A stretch of DNA of 64,000 bases, taken from Thermoproteota archaeon. Lineage in GTDB: Archaea > Asgardarchaeota > Njordarchaeia > Njordarchaeales > Panguiarchaeaceae. Under the pieces are notes generated by a model. It saw only the letters and a list, made by a program, of their open reading frames with translations. It made no database searches and was not told where the DNA came from. The stretch covers positions 319,408-383,407 of the forward strand of contig JANJXX010000001.1 in NCBI GenBank assembly GCA_024720975.1. Direction: 5' to 3'. Made by a program: the position numbers and the translations under genes. Positions 38,015 to 48,387 of the stretch are shown piece by piece. Numbering within the stretch: position 1 is the first letter of the stretch; the number at the start of each line of letters is the position of its first letter.

Positions 38015-39853
38015 CTACTCTTTGGAGATGAATTGATCTAGAGTGTCCGTCATCTCTTTTTTCGTGCTTTTTCTTTTTGTCCCTTTTTTAGCAGTTTTTA
38101 ATTCTTCTTTTTTAGTTGGGATTGCTTTCTCTTTTTCAACTCCTTTTTCCTCAGCAGCTTTGGGCGAAGATACCTCTTCTTTGCCAGAAATTTTGAGTCG
38201 ATGCCCCTCTTTAAGAGATCTTTTATACGCATCTCTAATTCTACTTCTCGTTTCCTCATCAGTGATGTATTCGCTGAGGAATGCCTCCACAGTATCTTGC
38301 GAGCAACCCAAAAACGTAAGTAAAGCGCCGATTATGTCCGGATTTGTCTTAGCAAAGTGAATAATTAGAGGAATGGACTTTATTACATCACGCCGTGATG
38401 TGTGCCAGTATTTAGCCAGAGAGACTACAAATTTGCCTAATGGGCCCTCGCCAGCCAGAGTCTGGTAAAGTTTCTGGAACTGCGTACCCAGTTTCGGAAT
38501 ATTTATGCGTTTTTTTCTCAAAGTCCAGTAGTCAGATCGGATACCATATTTAGCCATTCCGTAAGCTAATTTATCGAAAGCATTCACATATGCGACATAC
38601 CAGTTGCCCTTTAATGCCCCGATTTTGTAGTAATAATCAGCATCCGCAATAGCCTTATAGAAACCGAAGATCTCATCCTTCTTTATGAATTCCCAAGAGT
38701 TGTCCCAAACGGCTAGAATCAGATCGTAAATGTCCTCTCCTGACTCTTCTAGATATCTTTTAGCGAGATTAATGTCGTCTTCAAGTTTTCCTGAGGAGCT
38801 CTTTAATCCGAATGCAAATCTAATAGAGTCTTGAAGCGAAGTCATCCTATCATGCCAGAGGGTAGGAAGCTTACCGGAATAGTAGTAAGTCTCAAGCGCT
38901 AATACGATACTTCTAAAGTCAGTTGCATATTTGGTAAGTTTATCTACGACGTCATCAGGTAAGTCCATCTTTACAGTACTTGCTATGCGCTTAATGAGGG
39001 CCTCTGCTTGATATTTCATGGGTCTATCAAAGAACACACTGATGCAATACCTAAATAACTGACGCACCTTAGGATCATGAAGTATGTTTGCAGTTAGTAT
39101 GGGTGGGATTTTTATATCTTCAAGAAGCTTGAGTAATGCCTGAAAGCCTCCTTTATCTCTTTGACTACTCATACCATCCACTTCATCTAAAAGCAGGAGT
39201 CTGGGAGGTTTTTGAGGAAAATCGAGCCAGATAAAGAAGCCAGCACTCATAGATGCTTCTTTGATTACCCTTCTCACAGCCGCTCTACTTCGCTCGTCAC
39301 TTGCATTAAATTCTACTACGTATACACCCTCATCGTTAGCAAGTGCATATGCTGTAGTGGTTTTCCCGCTTCCAGGGGGCCCTACCAGAAGCAACGGTTT
39401 GTAAGGTGGCATGGGATACATTATCGACATTAGAGCTTCTTTTCCCTCGGACTTCTTGTCAGAGATGTAGGAGATCCATACATCCTCGAGAAATCTCTCA
39501 AGAACGGGTTTTGCTGTCTTTTTAATATCTGCAATACTTCCCTGCTGAAAAATTTTTGATTCTACTTCTGGGTTGCCAAGCCATTTCTCGAATGTTCCTA
39601 GGAAGTGCTCATGCCATGAATTTTTATGTCGCTGCCATAAGCGTCTATTTTCCTTATTACCAATGAATTCTCTCCAGCTACTGTAATATTTCTGAATCCA
39701 AAGAACTTTTAGGTTCCACAAACATACCCAAGCACGCCACCACTTTACTATGCTGTCCCTTTGAGACTTGGTAAGTATGACTTCGCTAAGTGACCTTGGA
39801 CGAAATAGTTCAGTCCATGGAACTTGTACATGTTTTTGCCTGTCCTTAAGCAT
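38015..39853 (-). CDS. rfcL: Replication factor C large subunit with N-terminal insertion
   Basis: PWTELFRP, GPPGSGKTT, EFNASDER, LLDEVDG, Lys-rich tail with PIP-like TLDQFI. Confidence 0.9.
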   Translation of the reverse strand: MLKDRQKHVQVPWTELFRPRSLSEVILTKSQRDSIVKWWRAWVCLWNLKVLWIQKYYSSWREFIGNKENRRLWQRHKNSWHEHFLGTFEKWLGNPEVESKIFQQGSIADIKKTAKPVLERFLEDVWISYISDKKSEGKEALMSIMYPMPPYKPLLLVGPPGSGKTTTAYALANDEGVYVVEFNASDERSRAAVRRVIKEASMSAGFFIWLDFPQKPPRLLLLDEVDGMSSQRDKGGFQALLKLLEDIKIPPILTANILHDPKVRQLFRYCISVFFDRPMKYQAEALIKRIASTVKMDLPDDVVDKLTKYATDFRSIVLALETYYYSGKLPTLWHDRMTSLQDSIRFAFGLKSSSGKLEDDINLAKRYLEESGEDIYDLILAVWDNSWEFIKKDEIFGFYKAIADADYYYKIGALKGNWYVAYVNAFDKLAYGMAKYGIRSDYWTLRKKRINIPKLGTQFQKLYQTLAGEGPLGKFVVSLAKYWHTSRRDVIKSIPLIIHFAKTNPDIIGALLTFLGCSQDTVEAFLSEYITDEETRSRIRDAYKRSLKEGHRLKISGKEEVSSPKAAEEKGVEKEKAIPTKKEELKTAKKGTKRKSTKKEMTDTLDQFISKE

Positions 39854-39900
39854 GTCAATTCCCTTAGGATTGTTAGAATAGTTGCTATTCTAGAGATGCA

Positions 39901-40917
39901 CTAACGTGCGCTCTTTCTGTATTTAGTGCCGAAATCCGTAATAATTGCAAGCAACGCCGACAGCTGTAGATAATCAGTAGCACCTTGAGATATTCTAAAG
40001 TCCAACTCACCGATGAGCTCCATTAATTTAATCTTGTCCTCGGGATCAATGGGAATAGCATTTCGAGCGATAGCTGCATAGATATCACGCAGTAAATCCA
40101 CACCACTAACTCCTTCTTCGGCTAGCATTGTGATCAACATTTTTCTGGCATCCTCGAATTTACCTGCAAACGCCAGTTGCAAGAGTTTGTTAACATGCTC
40201 CGGGAACACTATACCTGCGGTACGATAGACGAGGTCTTTATTAACAGGCACGCCAAAGTACGCAACACTTTGAAGCAAGTTTATCGCCTTTCTAAGGTCG
40301 CCTTCTGATACTTCAACCAGAGCGTCTAGACCATCTTCTTTTAGATCAACGTGTTCATTTTTTGCAATGAATCTTAGTCGCTCCTTTATAGCATCGTTTG
40401 ACAGTCGTTTAAAACGAAATACAGCGCACCTTGATTGTATCGGCTCGATGATTTTCGATGGATAGTTGCATATTAATATGAACCGAGAGATATTAGCAAA
40501 TTTTTCCATCATCCTCCTCAACGCATGTTGGGCTTCACTTGTCATCTGATCAGCTTCATCGAGGATTATTATCTTAAATGGAACTTCACCAACAACCATA
40601 GTTTTAGCATAGTTTTTCAGTTTTGTTCTGACAACTTCGATTTTGCGTTCATCACTTGCATTTAGCTCAAGTGTGTAAGTACGCCATGTATCACCGTATA
40701 ATTCATACGCTATGCACAGGGCTGCTGTTGTTTTACCAGTCCCAGGAGGACCAGAGAAAAGCAAATTCGGAATATTCCTATTTTTTACAAACTCTTTTAA
40801 GGCAGCAACGATTTCTTCCTGATTTACAATATCGTCAAGTTTTTTAGGACGATATTTCTCAACCCAAAGAATATCTTCTCCCTCAATTCCCGTTTTTGCT
40901 GCCAAGTTCGTCACCAT
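39901..40917 (-). CDS. rfcS: Replication factor C small subunit
   Basis: WVEKYRP, GPPGTGKTT, LNASDER, LDEAD, IQSRC. Confidence 0.97.
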   Translation of the reverse strand: MVTNLAAKTGIEGEDILWVEKYRPKKLDDIVNQEEIVAALKEFVKNRNIPNLLFSGPPGTGKTTAALCIAYELYGDTWRTYTLELNASDERKIEVVRTKLKNYAKTMVVGEVPFKIIILDEADQMTSEAQHALRRMMEKFANISRFILICNYPSKIIEPIQSRCAVFRFKRLSNDAIKERLRFIAKNEHVDLKEDGLDALVEVSEGDLRKAINLLQSVAYFGVPVNKDLVYRTAGIVFPEHVNKLLQLAFAGKFEDARKMLITMLAEEGVSGVDLLRDIYAAIARNAIPIDPEDKIKLMELIGELDFRISQGATDYLQLSALLAIITDFGTKYRKSAR

Positions 40918-41027
40918 AATTACATGAACTCAACCAACATAAAACCCAGATTTAATGCGATTCCTTATCTAATTTCAATAGGTTTCAAGAATAAAGCTAG
41001 AAAAAGGCAAAAATAGAGAGTCTAAAT

Positions 41028-42221
41028 TCAAAGTTTACCTTCGATGTATCTTCGCCAAAAGTTCGGTAGCGACTTTAATACTTCCTCGACTATCGATGTA
41101 ATTTCACTCTTCACATTACTACCACCTTCTTCTCCAATGTATTCAACATAGACCATTTGCGGTTCAGTTATGGGCTTTCCTATTGTAGAAACTAGAACGA
41201 CGTATACCTCATCAAGGCACAATTCTTTTTGGATATTTTCTGCAGCTTTTTGCGCAGCATACTGATATATCTTACCAACATGCGATACCGGATTTTTTCC
41301 GGAGTGGGCCTCTATAGACATATACCTTAGGGGTGTTATCAATCCATTCCATCTGTTTCCTCTACCTATTTGCCCGTCGTCACCAGCTTCTGCGCTGGTA
41401 CCAGTCACTGTAAGATAATATATACCTTTTTGGGGATTATCCGCCGTATTTATTTCTACATATAGTTCTCGATCCGTTAATTTTGATAGATGCTCATATA
41501 ATTCAGATTTGACGGATTCCTTCAAACTAAGATAGTCATCTAAAGAGCTTAATTCGCGATCAACAGCAGCCATAGCAACCGTAAGTCTGATCTTATCATT
41601 TCTTCGAACAGCCATTACTTTTATGTCCTCTCCTACTGCAGGATATCTCCTTTTAAATTCCCTGCTGTTTAGCAACTGTTCTGCCCCCAGGCAAACTCTT
41701 TCAGTCTCACTTAGAGGGGCGAACCCAACACCTATACTTGTATCATTTGCTAATGGTGCTGGACTGTCTTTCACAGCCTCGAATAATTTCCTCAGATCTG
41801 TGCTTCCGGGTCTTATCGAGTATATTATTGATACATGCCTAAGTGGATCTAAGTATCTAAAGTTTTCTGAGAACCAATCAAAAGCTGCACTCCTAACGAG
41901 GACTCCTATGGGCACTTCCTTTTCTAGTTCCCCATACACATGAAGAGTCGCTCGACCCACAAAATGAAGCAGAATTGGTTCCAATACTATTCCGCCGCCG
42001 AATTGTGGTTGTGATCTGCCTCCAACTAACACACACTTGTCTATGTTAAAGTGCAGGGGAACACCGAAGTTTTCATAATAGTATTTAGTTAGATAGAGTG
42101 AGATTTTTTCGCCTATTTCGTCGCATATCGTGTCAGGGTGACCAATGCCTTTCCTCTCGACTATTTCCACAGGTCTCTTATCCATTGGCGAGATTTTCTC
42201 TAGTTGATGAATCTCAATCAC
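41028..42221 (-). CDS. mat: S-adenosylmethionine synthetase (archaeal type)
   Basis: [34 protein letters not shown]. Confidence 0.96.
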   Translation of the reverse strand: MIEIHQLEKISPMDKRPVEIVERKGIGHPDTICDEIGEKISLYLTKYYYENFGVPLHFNIDKCVLVGGRSQPQFGGGIVLEPILLHFVGRATLHVYGELEKEVPIGVLVRSAAFDWFSENFRYLDPLRHVSIIYSIRPGSTDLRKLFEAVKDSPAPLANDTSIGVGFAPLSETERVCLGAEQLLNSREFKRRYPAVGEDIKVMAVRRNDKIRLTVAMAAVDRELSSLDDYLSLKESVKSELYEHLSKLTDRELYVEINTADNPQKGIYYLTVTGTSAEAGDDGQIGRGNRWNGLITPLRYMSIEAHSGKNPVSHVGKIYQYAAQKAAENIQKELCLDEVYVVLVSTIGKPITEPQMVYVEYIGEEGGSNVKSEITSIVEEVLKSLPNFWRRYIEGKL

Positions 42222-42348
42222 TTGAAAAACACCAAAAAAGCGAGCTCATTGAAAAATCAAACATTTAAAAGTAACTGCACCAATTTAAAGCTGAAGAAAT
42301 ACACTTACGAAATTCACCCAACGACTACAGAAAGAATTTTTCGATTCA

Positions 42349-42819
42349 TTATGAGCTCGTGCGCAACTCTTTAATGTACTTATAGTAAGAGAATCCTTGA
42401 GGAAGTCTACCTTTGGTCTTATAGTAGTCTATTAAGCGATTTATTTTTCCCTCAACTAATTGAAGCGCACGTTTAGAAACGAAATCCTTTTTATGCTGTA
42501 GAAGATGTTTCCTAATACTGACAGCCTGTCTGATTAAGCTCATTAAATCCTCTGGAATCTCCGGTTGCAGATTATGCTCTCTAAGTATCTGGTTTAACTT
42601 CTTACCAAGTACGAATCTGACGGATGGTATCCCATATTGGTCTCTTAATATTAAGCCTATTTTTGCTGGGGGTTCACCTTTCTGTGCGAGATCAATAATT
42701 ATGTTCTCTATTTCCTTTGGGGTAAGCGCAACGAAGCTGGGTCCACTGGTTCTATATAGCCTCTTAGATTGCGCCTTTCCACATTTTCGAGCATATAGCT
42801 TTGCCAATACACTCACCAA
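42349..42819 (-). CDS. rps15: 30S ribosomal protein uS15 (S13e-like)
   Basis: IGLILRDQYGIP, IPEDL, KINRLIDYYK. Confidence 0.95.
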   Translation of the reverse strand: MVSVLAKLYARKCGKAQSKRLYRTSGPSFVALTPKEIENIIIDLAQKGEPPAKIGLILRDQYGIPSVRFVLGKKLNQILREHNLQPEIPEDLMSLIRQAVSIRKHLLQHKKDFVSKRALQLVEGKINRLIDYYKTKGRLPQGFSYYKYIKELRTSS

Positions 42820-42904
42820 GCAATATTATGTTGGCAAAACCCCAATGAATCATTTCATTAATGTTTAAAGTAAAGAGAAGATATTGATATTTAAACGTTG
42901 AAAA

Positions 42905-43450
42905 TTGGTGGGTGCTCTGGCAGAAAAACTCGTGTGTGAAATTTGCGGAAGACCAGTGCATGGCAAAAAGTTTTATGTATTCCAAGACATAGAACTTTTG
43001 CTATGTGAAATTTGCGCTAAACAACTACGTGCCAAGGAGATTGTCGCAGCCCCTGATACACTAACTCCCAGAAAACTAAAGGATGACACAAGAAAAACAG
43101 TAATGGAGCTTCCAAAACAGCAGCCCAAAGAGCTCGAGTATGATTACGTAAAGGGCTTTGGGGATTTGATAAGAAACGCCCGAATTAAAAAAGGGCTCAA
43201 GCCTGAGAAATTAGCTATGATACTAGGTATCTCGCCCTCATATTTGCTTAAAATTGAACGAGAAAAAGTAAAGCCCGAGCTACACCTAGCACAAAGAATT
43301 GAGAAGGTTTTGAATGTAAGAATTCTAGTAAGAGTAGACACAAAATCACTTAGCCTTACTAGCGAACTTAAAGATGAACCTAAACCATTCACGCTAGGCG
43401 ACATACTGCTGATAGAAAAACCAAAGAAAAAATCAAGTAAAATGACGTGA
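42905..43450 (+). CDS. Multiprotein bridging factor aMBF1
   Basis: CEICG zinc ribbon, Cro-type HTH, TLGD motif. Confidence 0.9.
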   Translation: MVGALAEKLVCEICGRPVHGKKFYVFQDIELLLCEICAKQLRAKEIVAAPDTLTPRKLKDDTRKTVMELPKQQPKELEYDYVKGFGDLIRNARIKKGLKPEKLAMILGISPSYLLKIEREKVKPELHLAQRIEKVLNVRILVRVDTKSLSLTSELKDEPKPFTLGDILLIEKPKKKSSKMT

Positions 43451-43456
43451 GAGAAG

Positions 43457-44038
43457 ATGCTAGGCGTTGGAATCGTCGGCATGCCAGGAAGTGGTAAATC
43501 CGCATTAGGTGACGTTGCGAGAAAAAGAGGCGTCTTGGTTCTCAATATGGGCGACGTCGTCCGCGAGGAAATTATAAACAACGGCCTAGAACTTACATCA
43601 GAAAATTTATTGCATTACGCTGAAGAGCTTAGAAAGAAGCATGGGAGAGGTGCTGTAGCCGTTTTGGTAATAAATAGACTTAAGAAACTTCTCTTCGAAG
43701 AGGGAAAAGCAAAGGCTTTACCAAAAGTTGTTTTAATTGAGGGTCTCAGATCCCCAGAGGAAAAAAACGTTTTTGAAAAGTTCTTTGATAAGTTTTATGT
43801 AGTCGCTGTGCATGCTTCTCCCAAGACACGATACGACCGCATATTGTCGAGAAATAGACCCGATGACTTCAAGACTATTCCAGAGCTCAAAGAGCGTGAT
43901 TATAAAGAATTGAGCTTCGGTATAGGTGAACTAATGGCTATGGCAGATTTTCACCTAGTGAACGATAACAAACCAGTACACGAATTCATAAAGGAATGCG
44001 AGGAACTTATTGAAAAGATACTGAATCTAGATTGTTAG
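43457..44038 (+). CDS. UPF0200 P-loop nucleotide kinase
   Basis: GMPGSGKS, MGDVVRE, IEGLRS, RDYKELSFG. Confidence 0.88.
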   Translation: MLGVGIVGMPGSGKSALGDVARKRGVLVLNMGDVVREEIINNGLELTSENLLHYAEELRKKHGRGAVAVLVINRLKKLLFEEGKAKALPKVVLIEGLRSPEEKNVFEKFFDKFYVVAVHASPKTRYDRILSRNRPDDFKTIPELKERDYKELSFGIGELMAMADFHLVNDNKPVHEFIKECEELIEKILNLDC

Positions 44039-46785
44039 TTCCTAGTGAATTCCTCTAAAATCCGTTTCCTTATGATGATTAGTAGGTTATCTGATGGTAT
44101 CTCTAGTTTTCCAAAGATCCTATCTTTTGCTTCTTTATATTCGGCGCGTAGTTGTTTAAGAACTTCTTTTATGGTATTTCTAAAAGCCTCGTCACCCTTA
44201 GCAATGAATATATTCTCTGCAAGCGTCGTGCTGACTAACAAAATGTTATCTGTTTTGCTCTCTAGTCTATTCACGATATTGAAGAGTGAGTTAAGATCTA
44301 GATCAATTCTTTCTAGCAGGAATTTCTTACCATCTATACTGACCACTTTATCCGAGACTAGCTTTTCTATGTTGTCTGAAATATACTTCCAGAGTTTTTG
44401 GAGTTCATCTTTCTGCCTCTTCCACTCAGAAAAGAATCTTGATGAAGTTTCTGCAAGCTTCTCTGGTCGTACCTTAAAGACTTCACAAGCCTCGTAGAGA
44501 TGCCTGTCGCTAGAAATTATATGATCAATTGCGTATTCACCAACCGTGAATTCTAGTCGAATGATTCCATCATGAATTTTTTTAGAACCTAGAATTTTTA
44601 TGGGTCCTACGAGAATTGTTTGCGGTAAATGCGTTCCACCACACGCTTCGACGTCCCAACCATCAATGTTTACTATTCTCAATACAGCTGATGGCACTGC
44701 TCCTCCTTGATATATCTTAACGCCAAATTTACGCTCTGCGTCAGTTCTATTCATAAATTCTATATAAACTGGTCTATTCTCTAAAACTACCTTATTTGCA
44801 AGCTTCTCGATTTCCTTTAATTCTTCAAAACTCAGATTTTCATAGTGCGAAATATCCAAATGAGCCTTATCAACCTTTTTTTCTGCACCCATTTGCCATA
44901 CGTGAGGCCCTAGTACTCTTTGAGCTGCACCATTTATTATATGTGTTGCGGTATGGTGACGCATGAGCTGGAGTCTTCTATTCCAGTCGATAATACCCTT
45001 TACCTTTCCAGTGTTTTCATGAATCGCTTCATTTAGTTCATGTATTATAACGTCTCCTACCTTGAAGACATTTACTACTCTGTATTCCTTACCGCCCGCT
45101 ATAATTATACCAGAGTCTCCTTCTTGGCCACCGCCTCTAGGATAGAAGGCTGTCATGTTCAACACAAGAAATCTATCCTTTGAAAATACAATTTCAGCCT
45201 CAAATTCCTTCAGGAACTGATCTTCATAGTAAAGCTTCCTTGTGTGTGGAAGATTATTTATTTCCTTTCCCAGGAGCTCAACAATCTCGCGCTCAATCGT
45301 TTTCCTGTCGGTGCTTTCTACGTCTGGTTTATTGTACATTTCCTTAAGCCTATCATAGAAGTCGGATGAAATTTTCACGGTAATTCCTAAATCCAGTTTG
45401 TTGGATAAATACTCGACCTCTTCGGGGGGTATCCCATAGTTTAAGTATAAGTCCCGTAGTATAGGAAAATCAATGATTTTTTTCTTGGTCTTTCTAGCTA
45501 TATTCTTGAGCTCCCGAATAGCATTTTGTATGGTTTCCAAGAACCTATCCTGTTCTAGATGCCAGATTTTGATGGCTATTTTTTCGATTCCCTTTATCCT
45601 GTGAAACGTTCTAGAGAAGTATTCCACGGAACGTAAAATTAGCTCATCCCAAGCGATCTCTAGCTGATATTTTTCGGCCAATGAAATTGCTCGCCTTAGA
45701 ATTGCTCGGAGATTAGCCGCACCCCCAATGTTAGCCGGTATGCCACCATCGGGTATTGCCATGATAACTGTCTTAACGTGATCTAAGATTGCATACATCG
45801 CCTCCAGTGGACCAAATATGCTTCTAAATTCATCTTCTGAAATCCCAAGTTTATCAGCAAGAGCCTTTCGAGTTGAACTAAAAATCTCATCGCTTTCGGT
45901 TTTAACCATACCTACATAGCGTCCATAGAGGAGCATTAAATCCTTATCTACTGAAATTCCCAGGTCCTTTTTTAACCATATGAAAATAGGGCCGAATGTG
46001 GCTTCATATATAGTTGGAGTTCCTTGTGTAAACCATGAGACCCTCTCAAGTCCCCAACCTACATCAAGAACTCTTATTGGTATTCGCTGAAGAGAACCAT
46101 CAACTATCTTGTACTGCATAAATACTCCGTTGACTATTTCTAGGCCGTGTGAGAAGGTTTCTAGAGATGGGCCACAATTGCCTCCCCCCTTCCACCAATC
46201 CTCTTTATATGTAAGTTCTTCAGGAGGCACCCCCAGAACTTTTGTCATGAATTCAAAGTTCAATTCCAGATATCGATCTTTCCAGTATCCTCCTTTCCAT
46301 TTGTCACTGATGAATGCATGCTGACCACCCATCGTGAAACTCGATAGATGCCTGCCTGTTTTTCCAATGCGATCAATGTCACTAAATTCGCCTCCAAAGC
46401 GAATGCACGGTTGAGGGACGACAAGTGGATTTGCGGGAGGATCAACATAACCCTCAACAACCCAGGGTTGGAATATAGCTATGCTTGCTATCGTGAAGTA
46501 TATATCCTCCCTCCACCGAGCTACAACCGGGTAGTAATCCAGAACTTCATGTCCCCGCTTCTTGAAAAAGTCTAACCAACGTGATATTGTATTATGTATG
46601 TCCCAGTGTTCCACTGGATCAAGTCTTCTTACAAATCTGTACTCACCCTCACATTCAACATCGCCGCAAGTTTGTCTCTCTTCATTAAGAGTCCAAAAGA
46701 AACCGCCGCATTTCGGACATTGCTTCCTGACAAAATTTTCGCGTCTGAAAAACTCGTTTTCATATTCCTTAGGATCTACTTGCAT
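44035..46785 (-). CDS. alaS: Alanyl-tRNA synthetase
   Basis: YPVVARWR, TIASIA, DVGWGLER, editing motifs HHTATH and EACGGTH. Confidence 0.97.
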   Translation of the reverse strand: MQVDPKEYENEFFRRENFVRKQCPKCGGFFWTLNEERQTCGDVECEGEYRFVRRLDPVEHWDIHNTISRWLDFFKKRGHEVLDYYPVVARWREDIYFTIASIAIFQPWVVEGYVDPPANPLVVPQPCIRFGGEFSDIDRIGKTGRHLSSFTMGGQHAFISDKWKGGYWKDRYLELNFEFMTKVLGVPPEELTYKEDWWKGGGNCGPSLETFSHGLEIVNGVFMQYKIVDGSLQRIPIRVLDVGWGLERVSWFTQGTPTIYEATFGPIFIWLKKDLGISVDKDLMLLYGRYVGMVKTESDEIFSSTRKALADKLGISEDEFRSIFGPLEAMYAILDHVKTVIMAIPDGGIPANIGGAANLRAILRRAISLAEKYQLEIAWDELILRSVEYFSRTFHRIKGIEKIAIKIWHLEQDRFLETIQNAIRELKNIARKTKKKIIDFPILRDLYLNYGIPPEEVEYLSNKLDLGITVKISSDFYDRLKEMYNKPDVESTDRKTIEREIVELLGKEINNLPHTRKLYYEDQFLKEFEAEIVFSKDRFLVLNMTAFYPRGGGQEGDSGIIIAGGKEYRVVNVFKVGDVIIHELNEAIHENTGKVKGIIDWNRRLQLMRHHTATHIINGAAQRVLGPHVWQMGAEKKVDKAHLDISHYENLSFEELKEIEKLANKVVLENRPVYIEFMNRTDAERKFGVKIYQGGAVPSAVLRIVNIDGWDVEACGGTHLPQTILVGPIKILGSKKIHDGIIRLEFTVGEYAIDHIISSDRHLYEACEVFKVRPEKLAETSSRFFSEWKRQKDELQKLWKYISDNIEKLVSDKVVSIDGKKFLLERIDLDLNSLFNIVNRLESKTDNILLVSTTLAENIFIAKGDEAFRNTIKEVLKQLRAEYKEAKDRIFGKLEIPSDNLLIIIRKRILEEFTRN

Positions 46786-46896
46786 GTAGCTCTTCCTTGG
46801 TTTAATCTACATTGAGATTAAGACCAAAATAGAACATTATGATGTAGTCCTATATTCTAATCTCTTAAGTATCAATATGTCGAATTGACCACTGCA

Positions 46897-47634
46897 CTAT
46901 AACTGCATGTAGTCTTCGATATAATCCAATACTATCTCTTCTAATCTCCTGCGGTCCTCTTCAAATATTTCGAGGGATTCTACACGCCCTCCTACATGCT
47001 CAGAGGAGCCTACTAAGATCTTGCCGTCGGGTCCTCTAACAAAAATACCCTCACTATAGAAGTGGTTCACTTTTATCGGAGGAGTATGAGCAAAAGCAAC
47101 AACTTCTCCCTTACTTATTTCAAGAGAAGAGGCAACTTCATACACTGACTCTAGATCAGTACATTCGTAGACGTACATTTCTTTAGCCCAGCGCAGAGGT
47201 TTTTTGTCAATGACTCTCACGAATAGTATGTTAAAAGCACTCAGTAGAGAGCTATCCTCAGTTTTCTTTATTCGTGATCCTAGGCTTCTTAGATTTAGTA
47301 ACGCAAACCTTAGTAATTTTGCAGTATAGTCATCGCGATTTTTTGCTATTTGGAACCACTTCGTCCCCATTGCAGAAACATATGTAGATAGCAATTGGTT
47401 ATATGCTCTAAAAAGTCCTGAGAAAATGAGTTCATGCTTGCTCATTCGTGATTCTCGAATTTTATTCAGTGTTGAAGTCAAACGCTCCAGGATTTGCATG
47501 GCTTCATCCTTTTTAATTCCTGGGACTTTTCCCATCTTGGTTAATTCGTCAAGTTTTTCAAGCATTGCAATGGCCATAAGTATGCGAGCGTCAGTCTCTG
47601 TATTAAACTTTTTACCTTTCATTTCACCACCCAA
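46897..47634 (-). CDS. Divergent tRNA-binding protein with C-terminal OB/EMAP domain (COG2517-like)
   Basis: N-terminal NTETDARIL, helical middle, C-terminal KGEVVAFAHTPP...FYSEGIF. Confidence 0.65.
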   Translation of the reverse strand: MGGEMKGKKFNTETDARILMAIAMLEKLDELTKMGKVPGIKKDEAMQILERLTSTLNKIRESRMSKHELIFSGLFRAYNQLLSTYVSAMGTKWFQIAKNRDDYTAKLLRFALLNLRSLGSRIKKTEDSSLLSAFNILFVRVIDKKPLRWAKEMYVYECTDLESVYEVASSLEISKGEVVAFAHTPPIKVNHFYSEGIFVRGPDGKILVGSSEHVGGRVESLEIFEEDRRRLEEIVLDYIEDYMQL

Positions 47635-47753
47635 GTCTTCAGCACTTAAAGGCCTCGTTTAAACACCTGTTGCTTCTAAAAGGCAAATTCTAAAAAGCTA
47701 TTTTATTTAATTCATGTTCTTTTAAACGAGTGAAGTAAAAAAGGCAGAAGCTT

Positions 47754-48371
47754 ATGCAAGATGCAGAGAAAGCTGTCGACTACTTCATAAAAATCTTAAG
47801 ACTAGAACTAGGAGTAGAAATTAAAGAAACAGAGCAACCTACGAGTACCATCAGTCCAACAATTGCTGCTGAGATTCAAACCAGAGTGACAGGCCCTCCA
47901 AATACCTTGCCTGCCGCTGGCAGCCAAATAGCCACTGCTGAAGGTTTAGCCCAACAAACTGGATACCAAGAAATAATAACTCGCATGAACGAAGCTTTGC
48001 AAAATCTCAGGGCATCAATAATGTCCAGGATTGAAGCACTTGAAAGGCGCATTTCCAACCTAGAAAAGGTTTTACAAACAAAATCAATCGAGCAACCTCT
48101 TATTGAAAGTAGAACAAACACAGACATTCTTTCAAAATCGATCACAACAAGTATTAGCGTTGATCAGATAGACTTATTAGTTCATGAAGCGCGGGAGGAG
48201 TTAGCCAGAAAGGAAACCTCACTAGAGCAATTAATAAAAATTGAAGCCATCGAATGGCAATTAATCAAAGCACTGGAAAACAATGAGCGAGCAAGTGAGA
48301 AAATACCTAAGGATCTCTTGTCGGCTCTCAGATTTGAGATAGCTCGGTTGAGAAAGAGCCTCCTGGAATAA
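47754..48371 (+). CDS. Hypothetical coiled-coil protein
   Basis: Thr/Pro-rich linker, heptads IMSRIEALERRISNLEKVL, helical C-terminus. Confidence 0.7.
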   Translation: MQDAEKAVDYFIKILRLELGVEIKETEQPTSTISPTIAAEIQTRVTGPPNTLPAAGSQIATAEGLAQQTGYQEIITRMNEALQNLRASIMSRIEALERRISNLEKVLQTKSIEQPLIESRTNTDILSKSITTSISVDQIDLLVHEAREELARKETSLEQLIKIEAIEWQLIKALENNERASEKIPKDLLSALRFEIARLRKSLLE

Positions 48372-48387
48372 CACATTAAAACACACT

